The translations under genes were made by a program, and so were the position numbers. From the NCBI GenBank assembly GCA_001774395.1, contig MEZX01000002.1, forward strand, positions 481,524-545,523: a stretch of 64,000 nt of DNA, in the 5' to 3' direction. How positions within the stretch are numbered: the stretch's first letter is position 1; every line of letters starts with the position of its first letter. The DNA is from Candidatus Berkelbacteria bacterium RIFCSPLOWO2_01_FULL_50_28. Lineage in GTDB: Bacteria > Patescibacteriota > UBA1384 > 2-12-FULL-50-11. This document shows positions 1 to 8,622 of this stretch, in pieces. The notes under the pieces were generated by a model. It searched no databases. It worked only from the letters and a program-made list of their open reading frames with translations, and was not told where the DNA came from.

Positions 1-2680
1 CAACGGTAATATAACCCTCGTGTCCAGCGATTTGGAATTTGTGGGTAATCGCGTGGCGTTCGTCGGGCAAACGTCGTCGGCGAGGCATATAAACGACTTT
101 CGTTTCACTCTTGGTCTCTGGTTCGTCGGGTACCTCATCAGTTTCACGTTTTTTTGTATTTAACGGCTGGCTCAACTTCGAACCGTCCCGATATAGGGCG
201 AGTGCTTTGACGCCCTGATGCCAAGACTGGATATAAACTTCCGTAACTTCTTCAACGGTGGCTTCGTGAGGCATATTGATGGTTTTGGAAATTGCACCGG
301 AGATAAACGGCTGGACGGCCGCCATCATCCGAACGTGAGCCATGGGGGCGATGAAGCGAGTTCCACGGGCGCCGCATTTATTGGCGCAGTCGAAAACTTT
401 TAGGTGCTCGTCTTTAAGAGATGGAGCGCCTTCAAGTGTCTGGGCGCCGCAAATAATCCCGTTGCTCTGGTTTATATCGGTTTCGCTGTAGCCAGCTTTC
501 TTTAGCCATGAGAACCCGGGTTCCGTTGATTCTTCCTCGGATATCCCCAGCCGCTCGTAGGCAACGTTACCCAAAGTGTGACGGTTGAATGCGTGATTGA
601 TGTCGAAACTGCTGCCGAGGATTTTGGCTACCTCGTCGATCTCACTTTCGGTAAGACCCTTTTCCGACAGGCTGGTGCGATTGATTGGCGTAGATCCCTC
701 TAGCGACCCCGTGCCTAAAACGTAAGTTAGAATACCTTGGCGTTGCGATTCATCATATCCAAGGTTAGCTAAGGCCTGTGAGACAGCGCTGTTAACGATC
801 TTTACCGAACCGCCGCCGGCGAGTTTTTTGAATTTCACTACGGCAAAATCTGGTTCGACACCGGTGGTGTCGCAGTCCATCAAAAGCCCAATCGTTCCAG
901 TTGGAGCGATAACGGTTGCTTGAGCGTTGCGATAACCAAATTGCTCGCCTAGGGCGACGGCTTCGTCCCAATCTTGTTTGGCGGCGGCGAGCAGATCTGT
1001 TGGACAGTGTCGCTCGTTCAGGGCGTACGCGGCGGACCGGTGCATTTGCATCACGTTTAACATTGGGGCCCGATTTTTAACAAATCCGGCGAACGGCCCC
1101 TTGACCGCCGAAATCTCGGCTGAAGTTTTGTAAGCGTGCCCGGTCATAATGGCCGAGAGCGCCCCGCCAATTGCCGTACCTTCGGGCGAGTCGTACGCAA
1201 CGCCTTTGAGCATTAAGAGCGTGCCAAGGTTAGCAAAACCCAATCCTAGCGGTCGATAGTCGTGGGAGTTCTTGGCGAGAATTTCCGTAGGATAGCTGGA
1301 AAGATCGACCGCAATCTCTTGCGCAATAAACATAATCTTACAAGCGTGGCGATAGGCGGCGATATCGATGTTCCCTTTGTCGTCAGCAAACTTTACAAGG
1401 TTAATCGAGGCAAGGTTACAGGCTGAATCGTCAAGAAACATATACTCCGAACACGGGTTTGAGGCGTTTATTCGACCGGTATTTGGGCAAGTGTGCCACT
1501 TATTGATAATTGTATCGAACTGCACACCTGGGTCGGCGCACTGCCAGGCGGCCTTGGCGATTTTGTCCATTAAGTATTTGGCTTTGTAGGTTTTGTACGG
1601 CTCGTTAGACGTAACCGCTCGCGTAGTCCACTCCCCGTCACTTTCGTAAGAGCGCATGAACTCGTCGTTTAAGCGCACCGAGTTGTTAGAGTTTTGGCCG
1701 GAAACAGTGTGATAAGCTTCACCGTTAAAATCGGATGAATATCCGGCATCGATCAGCGTTTGGACCTTGCGCTCCTCTTGCACCTTCCAATCGATAAATT
1801 CTTCAATCTCTGGATGAGTGATATCGACGACGACCATCTTTGCGGCTCGCCGGGTTGTCCCGCCAGATTTAACGGCATCCGCCGCTCGGTCGAATACCCG
1901 AAGAAAGCTCATCATTCCACTGGACGTTCCGCCGCCGCTCAATCGCTCAAAACGGCTGCGAAGACGGGAAAAGTTGGCACCCGAGCCGGAGCCAAACTTA
2001 AAGATGCGCGACTCGGTTTTTATCAGCTCAAAAATATCACCAAGGCTATCCCCTACTGAGAGGATGAAGCAGGCCGAGCATTGCGGATTTCGATAACCGT
2101 TTTTTGTTTCCAAAACCTTCCCCTCCTTGAAGTCCCAATAGAAACTACCGTTTGTGCCCTCGATTTTGTATTGATGATAAAGTCCGCAGTTGAACCAAAC
2201 TGGTGAGTTGAAAGCCGCTTTTTGGTTGATGAGGAGGAATTTTAACTCGTCTTCAAATGTAATTCGATCCTCGGGGGTGGCAAAGTAACCGAACTTCTCA
2301 CCGAAGTCGGCCATGGTGTGGCTGATACGGTGAACCGCTTGCTTCGCGCTGGTTTCTCGTCCTTCAGGTGTTGGGACGCCGGCTTTGCGCAAATATTTGT
2401 ATGCCAAAATGTCGGTTGCTAGTTGGCTCCAAGACGAAGGAACCTCGACATTGCTGATCTGAGCGATGATATTGCCGGATTCGTCGGCAATCGTCGTGGT
2501 GCGACGGTCGTACTGCAGTTGGCTAAATGGATCTTGACCCGGAGTGGTGAATCTTCTAGTTAGTTTTAGGCCTGTTTTGTGGTTTGGTTTGGCGCTGTTG
2601 GTGAGATCGACGGAAATCTCCACTGGTTTTAGAGCAATTTCCGCTGACTTGTCCTGCCCGCTCTTGTTGTTTTTTGCCAT
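1..2680 (-). CDS. nrdJ: Class II (adenosylcobalamin-dependent) ribonucleotide reductase NrdJ. The start codon lies at 2680 and the C-terminus runs off the window.
   Basis: Manual minus-strand translation from ATG at 2680 gives MAKNNKSGQDK... with the class II motifs NPCSEYMFLDDSACNLASINL, AQATVIAPTGTIGLLMDCDTTGVEPDF and ALYRDGSKLSQPL. The ORF is open to position 1, so it is absent from the ORF track. Confidence 0.85.
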   Translation of the reverse strand, partial: MAKNNKSGQDKSAEIALKPVEISVDLTNSAKPNHKTGLKLTRRFTTPGQDPFSQLQYDRRTTTIADESGNIIAQISNVEVPSSWSQLATDILAYKYLRKAGVPTPEGRETSAKQAVHRISHTMADFGEKFGYFATPEDRITFEDELKFLLINQKAAFNSPVWFNCGLYHQYKIEGTNGSFYWDFKEGKVLETKNGYRNPQCSACFILSVGDSLGDIFELIKTESRIFKFGSGSGANFSRLRSRFERLSGGGTSSGMMSFLRVFDRAADAVKSGGTTRRAAKMVVVDITHPEIEEFIDWKVQEERKVQTLIDAGYSSDFNGEAYHTVSGQNSNNSVRLNDEFMRSYESDGEWTTRAVTSNEPYKTYKAKYLMDKIAKAAWQCADPGVQFDTIINKWHTCPNTGRINASNPCSEYMFLDDSACNLASINLVKFADDKGNIDIAAYRHACKIMFIAQEIAVDLSSYPTEILAKNSHDYRPLGLGFANLGTLLMLKGVAYDSPEGTAIGGALSAIMTGHAYKTSAEISAVKGPFAGFVKNRAPMLNVMQMHRSAAYALNERHCPTDLLAAAKQDWDEAVALGEQFGYRNAQATVIAPTGTIGLLMDCDTTGVEPDFAVVKFKKLAGGGSVKIVNSAVSQALANLGYDESQRQGILTYVLGTGSLEGSTPINRTSLSEKGLTESEIDEVAKILGSSFDINHAFNRHTLGNVAYERLGISEEESTEPGFSWLKKAGYSETDINQSNGIICGAQTLEGAPSLKDEHLKVFDCANKCGARGTRFIAPMAHVRMMAAVQPFISGAISKTINMPHEATVEEVTEVYIQSWHQGVKALALYRDGSKLSQPLNTKKRETDEVPDEPETKSETKVVYMPRRRRLPDERHAITHKFQIAGHEGYITV

Positions 2681-2956
2681 TCCACCCTCCCGCTAAAGTT
2701 AACCAAACGCTTATCCACAATTGCCAATGCAGCTAACAATGTCAAGGGCTGATTTTACGGGAAAGATACGGGAAATGTTCGGGGAGCAAGGCTTCCCTGA
2801 AGCCACACAAACTTTGTGGGGGTGAGGGGCTTAATTCCGAAGCAGCCCCTACACCCCCACGCCCCCTACCCTGCACGGTTCCCGCGGGGCATGGAGAAAA
2901 ATTGCCGCGCTTCTGGAAGGATCACAGAGCGACTTGGCAATTTTTCGTGTATTGGT

Positions 2957-2993
2957 ATAAAAAACTCCCGCCGTGCCGGGTGGCAGGGCGGGA
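2957..2993 (-). terminator. Rho-independent terminator after paralog gene 1.
   Basis: The minus-strand RNA is CCCGCCCUGCCACCCGGCACGGCGGG followed by a U-run (AGUUUUUUAU). It is identical in sequence to the hairpin at 3711-3736. Confidence 0.7.
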
Positions 2994-3027
2994 GTGACTT
3001 CAACGGGGCTGTCGTTTGTCAGTCTGG

Positions 3028-3546
3028 TCAGCGTACCGAGAAGTGGAGCTTGGTTCGACCCACTTTCCAGAGATAGACCCAAGAGATCAGGCCTGTTCTG
3101 CCAGGTCTGTCTTTCAAGAGCTCGGAACTTCCCCTGAGATCGATACTGAGCATCCGGTACGGACCGTGCACGAACCTGAACAGTGCCCCCTCGAGACAGA
3201 GGGGCTCTATGTGCTCCGCAGATGCAGCGCCGATGGTCAGAACCTGGTCTGATGGAATCTCTGGAACCGGGGCCGACGGAGCGCCTGACTGGGCCCAGCA
3301 GTATGGATAGTCGCAATGTTCGGGATGCGGCGGCCACCATAGTGTAAAGCCCACACCACTTTCACTTTGGAACGTTATGGTTCTGCTTCTCCCAAACGTA
3401 AGGCTGTCCCCGTCGTATGGCTCCGAGGCATTGTAGTAAAGGAACTTCTCGATCGCGCTTCTCCACTCGTTACCACCGAAATCAAGATATATCGGGTGCT
3501 GGAAATGGATACGCGTAATCAGGGTTTGATTTGAAAGGTTCATCAT
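3028..3546 (-). CDS. Hypothetical protein. It is paralogous to 3757..4221 and shares the C-terminal FVHGP...YLWK motif.
   Basis: The ORF-track ORF is 3028..3627. The more likely start is ATGATG at 3541-3546, which has GGGAGA five nucleotides upstream. A sigma70-like promoter TTGACC-N17-TGATAAAAT on the minus strand overlaps the annotated upstream ATG. Confidence 0.6.
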   Translation of the reverse strand: MMNLSNQTLITRIHFQHPIYLDFGGNEWRSAIEKFLYYNASEPYDGDSLTFGRSRTITFQSESGVGFTLWWPPHPEHCDYPYCWAQSGAPSAPVPEIPSDQVLTIGAASAEHIEPLCLEGALFRFVHGPYRMLSIDLRGSSELLKDRPGRTGLISWVYLWKVGRTKLHFSVR

Positions 3547-3611
3547 GGTCTCCCATGGCTCGCACACGCACAGTGTCCTTGAACAACTCAAGGAGAGGTC
3601 ATGCAGCGAAT

Positions 3612-3660
3612 GCTGGAATTTTATCACCCGTGGATAAGAAGGTCAAGAAGTTTGAGCCGG
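3612..3660 (-). promoter_or_regulatory. Sigma70-type promoter for paralog gene 1, overlapped by a 14 bp imperfect inverted repeat that could be an operator.
   Basis: -35 TTGACC at 3641-3646 (revcomp), a 17 bp spacer, and an extended -10 TGATAAAAT at ~3618-3626 (revcomp). The repeat GGTCAAGAAGTTTGA-N17-TCAAACTCTTGACC (3641-3687) overlaps the -35. Confidence 0.5.
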
Positions 3661-3698
3661 AAGTGTCACTATTCAAACTCTTGACCTTCTTTATTGAT

Positions 3699-3737
3699 AT
3701 AAAAAAATATCCCGCCGTGCCGGGTGGCAGGGCGGGG
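3699..3737 (-). terminator. Rho-independent terminator after paralog gene 2.
   Basis: The same 26 nt GC hairpin cccgccgtgccgggtggcagggcggg is preceded on the plus strand by ataaaaaaatat, which gives a U-run after the hairpin on the minus strand. Confidence 0.7.
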
Positions 3738-3756
3738 TGGTGCTGACGGGGCGGGA

Positions 3757-4221
3757 TCAGCGATACGAGGCGGCGATATGCAATGCCCGATCTTTGGCCG
3801 ACTTCCAAAGGTATAGCACCTGAATGAAACTGCCATCGCACTGACTAGGTCTCAAGTCGGGGAAGTATATGACGAGCACTATTCTTGGGCCATGAACGAA
3901 GTCGAACAGTCTCGACTTAACCCCAGTATCACTGCAGCTAGGGTGTGAGACTAGCACTTCATGCGGCTCGATAGCAGGCCTCTCATCTCCGACGCTTCCG
4001 CGAGCGCAGACGGTTCCATTGCGATGATCCCACTCGATCCTCACCTGTGTACCCAAGGCCAGACTGAAGGTGAGGTTCTGACAGTCCCTTCTAGTCTCCC
4101 TGGCGGCCGTGAGCAAGAAGTCTGTGATCGCCTCTTTCCACAATCTACCGATTGCTTTGTTGTGGCCCCCAAATGAGGCGATGTACTCGACCTCGGTGCC
4201 ATTTATGTCTTGGTACGGCAT
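3757..4221 (-). CDS. Hypothetical protein, paralog of 3028..3546.
   Basis: The ORF track gives 3757..4251. The start is probably MPYQD at 4221, with a GGAGGGA RBS and an upstream TTGACC-N17-TAGACT promoter on the minus strand (4255-4300). It shares FGG, LTF and FVHGP...VLYLWK blocks with gene 1. Confidence 0.6.
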   Translation of the reverse strand: MPYQDINGTEVEYIASFGGHNKAIGRLWKEAITDFLLTAARETRRDCQNLTFSLALGTQVRIEWDHRNGTVCARGSVGDERPAIEPHEVLVSHPSCSDTGVKSRLFDFVHGPRIVLVIYFPDLRPSQCDGSFIQVLYLWKSAKDRALHIAASYR

Positions 4222-4678
4222 GGATCCCTCCAATGCATCGCACATTTTCAACGTCGCTAAACTATTCTTGCGAGAGAAATGCTACGAGTTGAAAGTAGTC
4301 TATCCTTGATAAACTAAAAGGTCAATGATTTAGCTCCCTTTCTCTAACGAGATGTGGAGAAAAAGCTTCGGGGGTTCGTCCATAAGCTGGGCTCCAGCGT
4401 CCCGGCTAAGCCACTCGCTTTTTCGAGCTATTGATACTGAAAACCGGCGACTGCCACAGCGATTTCGTCAGAAATCGGAGCATAGCGAGATCCTTCCGGT
4501 GGCGAGGAGCCGGCTTTCTCCACCCGCCTGGGGCGAGCGTGACAGGGTAAGGGGTGTGGGGACCTAGGGACGGTCTTCGCAATTCAAGTCCCTGGTCCCC
4601 ACAAAAAAGCTGCAGGGGCCTGGCCCCTACAATAATACTTCCGACCGAGTCGACAAAAATCATTTCTAGTGAATTAGG

Positions 4679-5920
4679 CTATCGTAGTTTGCGTCTGATG
4701 AACGCGGGGACGTCGAGTTGCTCGTCTTCTGGCTCTTCAGCCTTCTTCTCAAAAGTCGAGCGTGAGCGGTCCGGTTCGTGTCTCATCGGTGGCTCGGCAC
4801 TTTCTGGCTCAACGGTAAACGGCGAAGATTGCGCGGTTGGCAACGAGCCAAAAAACGGGATCGACGACGATGGTGCTGGTGCGTTTTGCATGTTTGGACT
4901 GTGCATCGGTCGCGTTCCGAAGCCGAGCGGTTCTTCACCGAGTGCTCGCCGTTTGGCGGGGGCTTTTATCATCTCCGACTCAAACCCAGTGGCGATGACC
5001 GTCACTTTTACTTCGCCGGACATCGCTTCGTCAACCGTCACACCAAAGATGATGTTGGCCTCAGGGTGCGCCGCCTCGGTGATGGCTTTGGAAGCCTCTT
5101 CAACTTCGTACATAGTCATATCGGTGCCACCGGTGACGTTGTAGAGAATTCCAAGCGCGCCATCGATGGAGAGCTCGAGGAGCGGTGAGTCGATAGCTTG
5201 ACGAGCCGCCTCAATGGCCCGGTTTTCACCACCGGCTCGACCGATTCCCATCAGGGCTGAACCAGCATCTTTCATAATCGTTCGGACGTCAGCAAAGTCG
5301 ACGTTAATAATCGCCGGGTTGACAATGATATCGGAAATGCCTTGAACTCCCTGGCGGAGGATGTCGTCAACGATGCCAAAGGCGTCGGTAAACGAGGTTT
5401 TTTTGTCGATCACTTGCAGTAGGCGGTCGTTAGGAATGGTAATTAGGGTGTCTACTTTGTCGCGCAGATCTTCGATGCCAAGTTCGGCAACTTTCTTGCG
5501 ACGGAGGCCTTCAAAACTGAACGGTTTGGTAACCACACCAACCGTGAGCGCACCGAGTTCACGGGCGATCTGAGCTACCAACGGGGCGGCGCCTGTTCCG
5601 GTGCCGCCACCAGCGCCGCAGGTAACAAAAACCATATCGGCGCCCTTGAGCACCTCGTAAATTTCATCTTTATTTTCTTCGGCCGATTTGCGCCCAACTT
5701 CTGTGTCTGCTCCCGAACCTAAGCCCTTAGTTGTTTCTTTGCCGATCTGGACTTTTACCGGTGCCGGGTTGTTGGAAAGCGCCTGGGCATCAGTATTAAT
5801 GGCGATAAACTCTACCCCTCGAACGCGGGCAGCGATCATGCGTGCCAGAGCGTTACCACCGGAGCCGCCTATGCCACACACTTTAATTGATGCGAAAGTC
5901 TCGAGGGCTTCTTTGTTCAT
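4679..5920 (-). CDS. ftsZ: Cell division GTPase FtsZ.
   Basis: [10 protein letters not shown] tubulin signature, N-terminal [11 protein letters not shown] motif, and a Pro/Ser-rich C-terminal tail. Confidence 0.95.
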   Translation of the reverse strand: MNKEALETFASIKVCGIGGSGGNALARMIAARVRGVEFIAINTDAQALSNNPAPVKVQIGKETTKGLGSGADTEVGRKSAEENKDEIYEVLKGADMVFVTCGAGGGTGTGAAPLVAQIARELGALTVGVVTKPFSFEGLRRKKVAELGIEDLRDKVDTLITIPNDRLLQVIDKKTSFTDAFGIVDDILRQGVQGISDIIVNPAIINVDFADVRTIMKDAGSALMGIGRAGGENRAIEAARQAIDSPLLELSIDGALGILYNVTGGTDMTMYEVEEASKAITEAAHPEANIIFGVTVDEAMSGEVKVTVIATGFESEMIKAPAKRRALGEEPLGFGTRPMHSPNMQNAPAPSSSIPFFGSLPTAQSSPFTVEPESAEPPMRHEPDRSRSTFEKKAEEPEDEQLDVPAFIRRKLR

Positions 5921-5991
5921 GTTTTATTTTATGAGGTTATCTTAAATGATCTAATTACGCAAAGCTTTGGCACATTTTACGAGCTTTATTC

Positions 5992-7230
5992 CTACCGTGC
6001 AAAGTGCTGGAAGATCTTCCGCACTTTATCCCAAACCCCCCCTATTTTTCCTACATCAACCCGCCAAGGTGCGTGTGTTTGCTTGTTCTCGTCCACTGCC
6101 CAGAGAACTAGGCCAACGCAGCAAGAGTAAATCGGATTATCGATCTTGTCAAGCAAACCCGAAATTTGAGCCGTTGGATAGCCGATGGTTGCCGGTAAGC
6201 GGAGGCTATCACGAGCCAGTTCGGTTAAGCCCTCAATCTCTGATCCCCCACCTGTAAATATTACTCCAGCGGGTAGTTTCCCCTCTTTTCCCGTCTTGCT
6301 CAGCTCTTCTTTGAGCATCTGGAATATTTCTTCAACGCGAGCTTTGATAATAACGGCCACCTCTTTTCGTGACACTCGTTCGTCCTCGGCTGGGTCGATT
6401 ACGGCCAAATTAATCGTTTCAGAGTCGCGGATTTTATCGGTTAGAACGGTGCCGTATTTCAATTTCAAAGTGTCTGCCACATCTAAATTGGTCCGCAAGC
6501 CGATAGCGATATCGTTGGTGATATGTAACGAGCCGATCGGTAAGCAACCGCAGTAGAGTAGCTCGCCTTCCTCGTAAACGGCGTACGATGTTGTGCCAGC
6601 GCCGATATCAACCACAATAACGCCTGAATCAAGCTGTTTTTTTGTAGTAATGGCTTTGGCGGTGGCCAGCGGCGCGAAAATTAAGCCGTCAATGTTAATG
6701 CCTGCTTGTTCGACGGCTCGAGTTAAATTACGAATTGCCGCGGTGGCGCCGCTAACAACGAGGGCTTGCACTTCAAGACGGATGCCGGTCATACCGGCTG
6801 GATCGCGTATCTCATCTTGGCCGTCAACGATAAAGTGATGAGCAAAAGTGTGAATGAGCTCGCGATTCTGAGGTAGGGCGACGGTTTTGGCCGCATCGAT
6901 AACTCGATCGATGTCGTCTTGTTGGATCTCACCAGAGGCGCGGCCAACAGCGATTACTCCCTGGGCGGGCTGAGAAATTATGTGCGAGCCAGAAATTGAT
7001 AGATAGGCATGAGTAACATTGATGCCCGCCATTCGCTCGGCTTCCTCCAAGGCATGTGATATAGAGCTAACTGTCTCCTCCAGGTCGATTACTATCCCCT
7101 TGCGCATGCCGTGATGGACCACGGAGGCCAGTCCCATTACCGACAGCACACCTTCGTTGATCGTGCCAATTACCACCGCCACCTTGGACGTGCCGATGTC
7201 TATCCCTGTAATAATATTGTCTTGAGTCAT
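5992..7230 (-). CDS. ftsA: Cell division protein FtsA.
   Basis: Actin-like ATPase (MTQDNIITGIDIGTSKVAVVIG...). The start is chosen at the internal Met with an AGGCGGA RBS. The upstream extension of the ORF translates the repeat element. Confidence 0.9.
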   Translation of the reverse strand: MTQDNIITGIDIGTSKVAVVIGTINEGVLSVMGLASVVHHGMRKGIVIDLEETVSSISHALEEAERMAGINVTHAYLSISGSHIISQPAQGVIAVGRASGEIQQDDIDRVIDAAKTVALPQNRELIHTFAHHFIVDGQDEIRDPAGMTGIRLEVQALVVSGATAAIRNLTRAVEQAGINIDGLIFAPLATAKAITTKKQLDSGVIVVDIGAGTTSYAVYEEGELLYCGCLPIGSLHITNDIAIGLRTNLDVADTLKLKYGTVLTDKIRDSETINLAVIDPAEDERVSRKEVAVIIKARVEEIFQMLKEELSKTGKEGKLPAGVIFTGGGSEIEGLTELARDSLRLPATIGYPTAQISGLLDKIDNPIYSCCVGLVLWAVDENKQTHAPWRVDVGKIGGVWDKVRKIFQHFAR

Positions 7231-7248
7231 CAGCAAAATCCGCCTGAT

Positions 7249-7400
7249 TTTGTAATTTCTAATTTCCAATTTCTAATTTTCCCTTCGATAAACTCAGGGC
7301 CCTGAGCGGAGTCGATGGGCATTGAATTTTTAATGACAGAATTTAAAATTAGAGCATTCGGCCTTAACTCAAAATTCAAAATTCTAAATTCAAAATTCCT
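7249..7400. repeat. AT-rich intergenic element A. It has a 4x 7-bp array (TAATTTC/CAATTTC), a central region carrying the perfect palindrome CTCAGGGCCCTGAG, and a second 4x array (AAAATTC).
   Basis: Seen directly in the sequence. The element shares ttgtaattt, a central aatttaaaattaga block and a conserved RBS module with the elements at 31659-31770 and 61069-61178. Confidence 0.7.
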
Positions 7401-7408
7401 TCTGTGTT

Positions 7409-7777
7409 TCATCGGTGGTGATACCCTAATAAGTGAAGTAGCCCGTGTCCGCAGAGCATCTCAATTTCTCTTTCGAGCGGAATTCCCGCTTCTGTAGCTT
7501 GACGCTCGGCCGTATCGGCTGAGACAGCAATTGAACCCAGCAACGGCTCATCGCGGGAAGTGTTGGGGTAGTTTTCAAAACTAAGAACGTCTGTTGGCTG
7601 GTCGATATGGCGAAACTTGGCGTTCAGCTCCTGAATTTGGGCGTCTGTAGTTATCATTACCTCTAAATTCACTCTACCAACCGTATTCAGGCGTAGCAAG
7701 ATTGACGAGAGATGTTTTTTTATATCTTCCTCGTGAAGTCTAACTTTGGTCTGGTTCGACCACGTTAGTTCAAGCAT
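7409..7777 (-). CDS. ybeY: rRNA maturation endoribonuclease YbeY.
   Basis: HGLLHLLGYHH metal-binding motif. The start is MLELTW. Confidence 0.8.
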   Translation of the reverse strand: MLELTWSNQTKVRLHEEDIKKHLSSILLRLNTVGRVNLEVMITTDAQIQELNAKFRHIDQPTDVLSFENYPNTSRDEPLLGSIAVSADTAERQATEAGIPLEREIEMLCGHGLLHLLGYHHR

Positions 7778-7778
7778 T

Positions 7779-8222
7779 TTAGAGACCCGCGAGTTCTTTG
7801 GCAATTTTGGAAACTAACCCCATGTCGGCTTTGCCTTTGAGTTCGGCGGAGAGCCTACCCATCAGCTGACCGATATTTTCTTTTAGTTCTGGATGGTTGG
7901 CCAGAAAATCGGTGACTTTTTGACGAATTTCATCCTCGCGCATTTGAGCGGGCAGATATTTCTGCAGTGCATCCATTTCTTGCTGCTCTTGCTTGGCCAG
8001 TTCCGGCTTGTCGGCGATTTTATAAGACTCAATCGCCTCTTGGCGGCGCTTCACCTCTTTTTGAATAACACTGATAGTTTCTTCGTCCGATAGCTCGTGT
8101 TGGCGTTCGATTTTGACGTTCTGCAGAGCGCTTTTTAGGTAACGAAGCGTGTCGCGCAGAAATGCGTCTTTGGCTTTTGTGGCTTCCAGAAGATCACTTT
8201 CGATCTTGCTCAGAAGCGACAT
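7779..8222 (-). CDS. GatB/YqeY domain protein.
   Basis: Sequence family resemblance (SKIESDL...KYLPAQMREDEI...VSKIAKELAG). Confidence 0.7.
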   Translation of the reverse strand: MSLLSKIESDLLEATKAKDAFLRDTLRYLKSALQNVKIERQHELSDEETISVIQKEVKRRQEAIESYKIADKPELAKQEQQEMDALQKYLPAQMREDEIRQKVTDFLANHPELKENIGQLMGRLSAELKGKADMGLVSKIAKELAGL

Positions 8223-8422
8223 TAGTATCCCCGCTTTTCCTTGCGGCGGACGGCTTTGGTTTGGGCGACTTGGCGGCGTTTAAAGCGAGACGGCTTTTTC
8301 TCGAAGTATCGGCGCGCTTTAATTTCGGTTAAGAGATCTGATTGCTGAACCTCGCGAAAAAAGCGTCGTAGGACGACTTCGGTCGAGGGGGCAACGGTAC
8401 TGCGCGGGGCAGAATGCATCAT
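8222..8422 (-). CDS. rpsU: 30S ribosomal protein S21.
   Basis: EVVLRRFFREVQQSDLLTEIKARRYFEKKPSRFKRR...KEKRGY matches S21. Confidence 0.8.
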   Translation of the reverse strand: MMHSAPRSTVAPSTEVVLRRFFREVQQSDLLTEIKARRYFEKKPSRFKRRQVAQTKAVRRKEKRGY

Positions 8423-8622
8423 TATTGAGAATATTGTAACAAAAATATCGCCCAAGGTTAAGTGTCGCCTGCAAAACTGCAGATAATGACTCGAATAATT
8501 TGTATAATCTGTTAAAATTCCCTCAAGGTAATAGTGCCTTCGTTGCTTAAAAACTTGGGCTGTGGAAACAGCAGCTGCGGGCGGCAGTCACCTCGCTCAA
8601 ATTCCTGACGCAGGAGTTAACC

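Noticed and set aside
2681-2900. A cobalamin riboswitch in the nrdJ leader.
   Set aside because: No B12-box-like core was seen. Also, B12 riboswitches normally control B12-independent RNRs, not nrdJ.
2816-3340. ORFs 2816..3076(+) and 2849..3340(-) in the GC-rich island.
   Set aside because: They overlap the better-supported paralog gene and terminator. They are probably spurious in GC-rich DNA.
4330-4678. RNase P RNA, tmRNA or SRP RNA.
   Set aside because: None of the conserved signatures (P4 GGAAAGUCCGG / ACAGAACCCGGCUUA, the tmRNA tag ORF and T-arm, the SRP GGAA tetraloop motif) could be found on either strand.
4554-5188. Plus-strand ORFs opposite ftsZ. Similar shadow ORFs lie opposite clpC (28425..28940, 29217..29885) and mreB (33822..34370).
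   Set aside because: They are antisense shadow ORFs inside well-supported genes with no independent support.
7249-7400. A CRISPR array, suggested by the short AT-rich repeats.
   Set aside because: The units are only 7 bp with no unique spacers. The arrays have 4-5 units and there are no cas genes.
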